A stretch of DNA of 64,000 nt from Anaeromyxobacter sp. GTDB taxonomy: Bacteria > Myxococcota > Myxococcia > Myxococcales > Anaeromyxobacteraceae. How positions within the stretch are numbered: the first letter of the stretch is position 1; each line of letters begins with the position of its first letter. The position numbers and the translations under genes are program-made. The stretch spans positions 256,001 to 320,000 of the forward strand of contig JASGJN010000022.1 in NCBI GenBank assembly GCA_049840735.1, written 5' to 3'. The notes below the pieces were generated by a model that had not been told where the DNA came from, did not search any database, and was given only the letters and a program-made list of their open reading frames with translations. Shown here piece after piece: positions 58,688 through 64,000 of this stretch.

Positions 58688-60694
58688 ATGAATTCGCCTG
58701 ATGGACTGCAGGAAATCCTGGCCGCGCTCCAGTCGGAGCGCGAGCGGGCGGACGCGGCCCTGGCGCGAGAGCGCGAGCTCCAGGATCGCCTCGACCGCGT
58801 GACCTCGAGCGTGCCGGGCGTCATCTGCGCGTTCAAGCTCAGCCCCGACGGACGCGCCTCGATGCCGTTCGTCTCCCCCGCCGGTGAGGAGCTGTACGGG
58901 GTCCCGCCCGCAGCCCTGGTAGAGGACTTCGCGCCGGTGCAGGAGAAGATCCACCCGGACGACGTCGGGCAGGTGCTGGCGGGGATCACCGACGCCTGGC
59001 GCAGCCACTCGCGCTGGCACGCCACCTTTCGCTACCGCCACCCGGTGAAGGGGCTGCGGTGGCTGGAGGGCTGGTCGATCCCCTCCGCCGAGCCGGACGG
59101 CAGCGTCGTCTGGTTCGGGTATGTCACCGACGTCACCGACCGCGCGCGCGCCGACAGCGAGGCGCTGAAGGCCGCCCAGGTGATGCGCGAGTGGCTGGAG
59201 GGCATCCCCGCCGTCGCGTGGCGGACGGATCCGCAGGGGAACATCGTCGAGCGCAACCGCCGCTGGCTCGAGTACACCGGCCAGCTCCAGGCCACCGGCC
59301 CGCTGGAGTGGCTGCACCTGGTCCACCCGGACGACCGCGAGCGGGTGAAGGAGGCCATCCAGGCGGCGGTGGCCGCCGGCGGGCCGTTCGAGGCCGAGTT
59401 CAGGCTGCGCCGCGCCGACGGGGCGTACCGCTGGATCCTCGGACGGGCCTCCGCCGTGCCGGACGCCTCGGGCGCGCTGGTGTGGCTGGGGATCGGCACC
59501 GACCTCCAGGACCGGAAGCAGATGGAGCAGGTCCTGCGCCAGGCGGATCAGCGCAAGAACGAGTTCCTGGCCCTGCTCGGCCACGAGCTCCGCAACCCGC
59601 TCGCGCCCATCGCCAGCTCGCTGTTCATCCTGCAGCACACGGATCCCGCGGGCGCGCAGGGCCGCCGGGCGCTGGAGATCATCTCGCACCAGGTGGAGCA
59701 CCTCACGCGGCTGGTGGACGACCTGCTCGACGTGAGCCGCATCGAGCGGGGGCGGATCGAGCTGCGCCGGACGCGCCTCAACCTGAACGAGGTGGTGCGC
59801 CGCTCCGCGGAGGATCGGCGCCAGGGGCTGGAGGAGCAGGGCATCTCGCTGGTGGTGGACACGCCGGCGCGGCCGACCTGGGTGGACGGCGACGTCACGC
59901 GCCTGGCGCAGATCGTCGGGAACCTGCTGCACAACGCGGCCAAGTTCACGGAAGGTGGAGGGCGGGTCACGATCAGCGTGCGCGAGGGGCCGGACGGCGC
60001 CGAGCTGAGCGTCCGCGACACCGGGGCGGGCATCGACCCGGGCCTGCTGGAGCAGGTGTTCGAGCCCTTCACGCAGGGCGCCCAGGGGCTGGCGCGGACG
60101 ACCGGCGGGCTGGGGCTGGGGCTGGCCCTGGTCAAGGGGCTCGCCGAGCAGCACGGCGGCTCCGCCATCGCGCTGAGCGAGGGGCCGGGCCGCGGCGTCG
60201 AGGTGCTGGTGCGCCTCCCGCCGGCCCCCCCGTCCTCGACCGCGCCACGCCCGCCGGCGATGGCCCAGCCGCCGCCGCCGGTCCCGCCCCGCCGCCTGCA
60301 CGTGCTGGTGGTGGAGGACACCCCCGAGACCGCGCAGTCGCTGGCGCAGGTGCTGGAGATCCTCGGCTACGAGGCCGAGATCGCCCCGGACGGCCCCGCC
60401 GCGCTGCAGAAGGCGCGGGCGCACGCGCCGGACGTGGTGCTGTGCGACATCGGGCTGCCCGGCATGAGCGGCTACGAGGTGGCCCGCGCGCTGCGCGGCG
60501 GCGAGGCGCCGGGGGCGACGCTGGTGGCCATCAGCGGCTACGCGCTCCCGGAGGATCGCCGGGCCGCGGCCGAGGCCGGGTTCGACCAGCACCTGGCCAA
60601 GCCGGCGCGGCTGGAGGAGCTGGAGCGGCTGCTCGCGACGGTGGCCACCGCGCCGCCGGGGGTCCGGCCCCTGGCCGCGTCGCCGGGGCGGTGA
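58688..60694 (+). CDS. Cytoplasmic PAS-PAS hybrid histidine kinase with receiver
   Basis: Two HPDD PAS/PAC motifs, HELRNPL, NLLHNAAKFT, DTGAG, GLGLGL, VLCDIGLP. Confidence 0.93.
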   Translation: MNSPDGLQEILAALQSERERADAALARERELQDRLDRVTSSVPGVICAFKLSPDGRASMPFVSPAGEELYGVPPAALVEDFAPVQEKIHPDDVGQVLAGITDAWRSHSRWHATFRYRHPVKGLRWLEGWSIPSAEPDGSVVWFGYVTDVTDRARADSEALKAAQVMREWLEGIPAVAWRTDPQGNIVERNRRWLEYTGQLQATGPLEWLHLVHPDDRERVKEAIQAAVAAGGPFEAEFRLRRADGAYRWILGRASAVPDASGALVWLGIGTDLQDRKQMEQVLRQADQRKNEFLALLGHELRNPLAPIASSLFILQHTDPAGAQGRRALEIISHQVEHLTRLVDDLLDVSRIERGRIELRRTRLNLNEVVRRSAEDRRQGLEEQGISLVVDTPARPTWVDGDVTRLAQIVGNLLHNAAKFTEGGGRVTISVREGPDGAELSVRDTGAGIDPGLLEQVFEPFTQGAQGLARTTGGLGLGLALVKGLAEQHGGSAIALSEGPGRGVEVLVRLPPAPPSSTAPRPPAMAQPPPPVPPRRLHVLVVEDTPETAQSLAQVLEILGYEAEIAPDGPAALQKARAHAPDVVLCDIGLPGMSGYEVARALRGGEAPGATLVAISGYALPEDRRAAAEAGFDQHLAKPARLEELERLLATVATAPPGVRPLAASPGR

Positions 60695-60742
60695 GGCGCT
60701 CCCGGGTCAGGCCGCGTGCGCGGCGTGCTCACCCCGCCAGCG

Positions 60743-61936
60743 TCACGAGGCTCCGCCCAGCAGCCGCCGGACCACCTCGAGCAGGCACGCCAGCCGTCGC
60801 CCCGCGCGCCCCGCCACGGCGGGCGCCGGCAGCTCGGCGCGGCCCAGCATCCGCAGCGCCTGCTCCACGCCGCCGGGGCGGCGCCCCAGGCGACGGGTGC
60901 ACTCGACCCGCAGGTCGGCGAAGTCGCGCAGCGCAGCGCCCTCCAGCTCCAGCAGGTGGACGGCGTACGGACCCCAGCCGCAGAGCAGCTCGCCGGGTCG
61001 CAGGAAGTGCTCGAACCTGGCCAGCGCCTCGGCCACCGGCTCGCCGGCGCGCAGCCGGTCCTCGGAGAGCTCCAGCATGACGGGGGTCTTCGGGTCCAGG
61101 GGCCGGCACGGCGCCACCACCGCCTCGAACCGCTCGCCGGTGTGGAGCCGCTCGGCCACCAGCTGGACCAGCTCCGGCTCCACCTCGGACAGCGGCGCGC
61201 CGCCCGCCCAGCCGTGGGCCTCCGCCACCACCGCGACCACCTCCGCCGGGCGCGCGCGGAGCGCCTCCAGCGTGAGGTCCAGGCGAGGCCGCCGGGGGCC
61301 CTGGTGCGACATCCGCCGCGGCGGTCCGGTCCGGCGCTGCTGCTCCTCCAGCTGGAGATCCACCATCCGGTCGAAGACCTCCAGGATGGGCAGGAAGCGC
61401 TCCGGTCGGCCCTCGAGCGCGCCGAGCAGGTGGACCACGGCCTCGATGGTGGAGACGCACTCGGCCGACGGCTCGGCGCGGATCCGGTAGTTCGATGGCC
61501 GGGCCGGCGCGAGGCCGATGCGCGGCAGCGCCTGCAGGAACGGGTTGAGCCGGATGAGCTTGCGCGCCTGCTGCCAGGTGCCGTCCACCACGATCACCGT
61601 GCTCGGCGCGCGCCCCTGCAGCGCCGCGGGATCCAGCGCGCCCTCGCCCGGGAAGAGCAGGGCCGTGCCCTGCGCGGCGGCCAGCTCTCGAACGCGCGGG
61701 TGGAGCTCGAACGAGACCCCCACGTGCAGCTCGGAGTTGGGCAGCGAGAGGTGCGCCATGCGGGCCGTGCCGATCGCGGTCCTCCGCTCGCGGACGTGCT
61801 GGAGGATGCAGGCGCGCGTGGCGCTCTCGACCGGCCTGAGGTGCCGGCACCAGCAGGTGCGCACCGGCCGCCGGCAGCGGCGGCAGGACTCGCGGTGCAG
61901 GGGGTCGGCGAGGGCCGGGGAGGTGGAGGTGCCCAT
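60743..61936 (-). CDS. DTW-domain tRNA aminocarboxypropyltransferase-like protein with extra C-terminal domain
   Basis: CRRC...CWC, LQH.RE, TARMA, LLFP, DGTW, YRIR, STIEA. Confidence 0.85.
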   Translation of the reverse strand: MGTSTSPALADPLHRESCRRCRRPVRTCWCRHLRPVESATRACILQHVRERRTAIGTARMAHLSLPNSELHVGVSFELHPRVRELAAAQGTALLFPGEGALDPAALQGRAPSTVIVVDGTWQQARKLIRLNPFLQALPRIGLAPARPSNYRIRAEPSAECVSTIEAVVHLLGALEGRPERFLPILEVFDRMVDLQLEEQQRRTGPPRRMSHQGPRRPRLDLTLEALRARPAEVVAVVAEAHGWAGGAPLSEVEPELVQLVAERLHTGERFEAVVAPCRPLDPKTPVMLELSEDRLRAGEPVAEALARFEHFLRPGELLCGWGPYAVHLLELEGAALRDFADLRVECTRRLGRRPGGVEQALRMLGRAELPAPAVAGRAGRRLACLLEVVRRLLGGAS

Positions 61937-62067
61937 GGTCGCGGCCAGCCGCGGATGCTACCACGCGCGGCGCGCGGACGTCGGGGCGCCGCGCCGCAGG
62001 TCCCCTGGGCGGGACGCTGGCATGCTACGCAGCGTCGAAGGGAACCACCAGCCAAGGAGCCCCTGCC

Positions 62068-62975
62068 TTGAAGCCCATCCTGATCGCAGGCGGAGATCAA
62101 CCTGGAGACCACGTTGCGGGTGGACGGGTTCCCGCTGGCCTACCAGCCCGTCCACTACCCCTTCCACCAGATGGCGTCGTCGGTGGCCGGCGTGGGCGTG
62201 AACCAGGGGCAGGCCTACCGGGCGCTGGGGCGGTCCGTCCGGCTGCTCGGGCTGACCGGCCGCGACCTGCGCGGCCGGACCATCCTGGCGGGCCTGGACG
62301 AGTACGGGCTGGACCGGCGCTTCATCCGGCAGGACCTGGCCAGCGCGCCCCAGTCGCTGATCCTCTTCGAATCCGACGGGCCGCCGGATGATCTTCAACG
62401 ACCTGAAGGACGTCCAGGACGCCCGCTATCCCGAGGCGGAGGCGCTCCAGGCGATGGACGGGGTCGAGGCGGCGGTGCTGTGCAACATGAACTTCGTGCG
62501 CCCGCTGCTGGGGGAGGCCCGGGCGCGGCGCATCCCCGTCGTCACCGACGTGCACACGATCGACGATCCGGAGGATCCGTACAACCGGGAGTTCCTGGCC
62601 GGCGCCGACACCGTGTTCGTCTCGAACGAGCACTTCGCCGGCCGGGAGAAGGAGTTCGCCGGGGAGCTGATCAGGCGCTACGGCTTCGGCCTCCTGATCA
62701 TCGGGATGGGCGCCGAGGGCGCCCTCCTGTACCGCCGCGACGCGGACCGCTGGCACCACAGCCCCGCGCCGCGCCTGCGCGAGGTGGTGAACACCATCGG
62801 CGCCGGCGACGCGCTCTCGGCCAGCTTCGTCGACGGCTGGCTGCGCGGGCTGGGGCCGGAGGCGGCGCTCGACCGCGCCTGCGTCTTCGCCGCCTGGAAG
62901 GTGGGCGCGCGCGGGGCCGCGGAGGGGTTCCTCACGGCGGCGGAGCTGGAGCAGACGCTGGCGCGGCGGAGGTGA
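62068..62975 (+). CDS. PfkB-family carbohydrate kinase; frameshifts at ~62092 and ~62371
   Basis: GVGVN, IGMGAEGA, VVNTIGAGDAL; three ORF pieces join with single-base corrections. Confidence 0.85.
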
Positions 62976-63107
62976 GCGCGGGGCCGCGCGGCCAGGTCAT
63001 CGCCCATCTCGCTGGGAGACAGCGACTTCCGGCGATGGGACTCGGAGTGGGGCATCGCGCTGCTTGACACCTCGCCCGGTCCGCCGCTACACGCAGGGAA
63101 GAAATAA

Positions 63108-63279
63108 CCCGGGTGCCCGCATACGGGCGTAACAGGGAAGCCGGTGAGAATCCGGCGCGGTCCCGCCACTGTGAGTGGGGAGCCGCCTTCGAGAAGCCAC
63201 TCGGCGAGAGCGCCGGGGAAGGCGAAGGCGGCGCGAGGGGAAGCTCCCCCGAACCCACGAGCCAGGAGACCTACCCGGG
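63108..63279 (+). ncRNA. Cobalamin riboswitch upstream of cbiX
   Basis: AACAGGGAAGCCGGTGAGAATCCGGCGCGGTCCCGCCACTGTGA...GAGCCAGGAGACCT; TTGACA at 63064-63069 upstream. Confidence 0.93.
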
Positions 63280-63363
63280 CCAGGCGAGGACGCCATGCCA
63301 CGTGGTGGCCGTCCCGCGAGCGCGGAGATCGCTCGCCGGGACCCTTATCCGGAGTCTTGCGTC

Positions 63364-64000
63364 GTGCCCCCTGCGCGGGAGCGCACCGCTGTCCTGATCC
63401 TGGGACACGGCAGCCGGGTCGCGCGCGCGAACCAACAGTTCGAAGCGCTGGTCGCGGCCTACCGGCGCCGCAGGCCCGACCTGGACATCGCGCACGCCTA
63501 CGTCGAGCTGGCGGCGCCGCTGCTCGCCGAGGCGCTGGCCGCGCTGGCCCGGCGGGCTGATCGCGTGCTGGTCCTGCCGCTGTTCCTCCTGGCGGCCGGC
63601 CACGTGAAGGACGACGTCCCGGAGGCGCTCGCCGCCGCCCGCGCCGCGTTCCCGCAGGTGGGCTTCGGGGCGGCCCGCGCCATCGGCGCCGTGAACGGGC
63701 TGGCCGAGCTGGCGCTGCAGCGGCTGGCGGCGCAGGTGCCGCTCAATGGGCCGGAGGCGGCGCGCACGGCGTTGCTCGGGGTGGGGCGCGGGTCGTCCGA
63801 CTTCGACGCGAACGGCGAGCTGTGCAAGCTGGTGCGCGTGCTGGGCGAGCGCGGCGGGTTCGCGCGCGCCGAGCCCAGCTTCATCGCCGTCACGCGCCCG
63901 CTGGTGCCGCCGGCGCTCGAGGACCTGGCCCGGCTCCACGCCGGCCCCATCCTCGTGTGGCCCTTCTTCCTGTTCGAGGGGCTGCTGATGCAGCAGCTGG
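63364..64000 (+). CDS. cbiX: Sirohydrochlorin cobaltochelatase (long form), runs off the window; absent from the ORF track
   Basis: VLILGHGSR, AYVELAAP, PLFLLAAGHVKDDVP, second domain GRGSSD..AN; alternative in-frame ATG at 63295. Confidence 0.88.
   Translation, partial: MPPARERTAVLILGHGSRVARANQQFEALVAAYRRRRPDLDIAHAYVELAAPLLAEALAALARRADRVLVLPLFLLAAGHVKDDVPEALAAARAAFPQVGFGAARAIGAVNGLAELALQRLAAQVPLNGPEAARTALLGVGRGSSDFDANGELCKLVRVLGERGGFARAEPSFIAVTRPLVPPALEDLARLHAGPILVWPFFLFEGLLMQQL

Noticed and set aside
1..64000. CRISPR array, cas genes, reverse transcriptase/retron, rRNA or prophage structural genes
   Set aside because: No regularly spaced repeat-spacer array or diagnostic motifs seen by eye; short or degenerate arrays cannot be fully excluded without computation

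Overview
A very GC-rich bacterial window whose gene content and codon style suggest an Anaeromyxobacter-like Myxococcota organism (inference). It looks like a long-read assembly, with several single-base frameshifts. Housekeeping and metabolic genes include transaldolase, DAHP synthase, mntP, a deoxyhypusine-synthase-like gene, moeA-moaB-moaC-moaD-moaE, and cobT and cbiX, each behind a near-identical cobalamin riboswitch. A dispersed, mostly exported alpha-glucan enzyme set comprises a GH13 with dead catalytic motifs, a large GH119-type amylase, GH31, a lipoprotein debranching enzyme, a stand-alone starch-binding lipoprotein and a GH13 amylase. Redox genes include two multiheme cytochromes, a hemerythrin and a His-lined beta-propeller. 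Signalling genes include two hybrid kinases, and two divergent ECF sigma factors with a Ser/Thr kinase. There is also a VapBC-type toxin-antitoxin pair and an HNH gene with a LexA-like box. A ~4.4 kb decayed island lies between tRNA-Gly-like 3' fragments. It carries a four-gene DDE + AAA-ATPase transposon whose last ORF resembles an inactivated IS110-type RuvC fold. Most notable observations: (1) that transposon architecture; (2) six frameshifts that are all +1 insertions inside GATC, suggesting a footprint of host DNA modification; (3) the GH13 pseudo-enzyme with a Zn ribbon; (4) the FNR-box propeller/cytochrome module; (5) the ECF-kinase locus. No database searches were run; family calls come from motif recognition.
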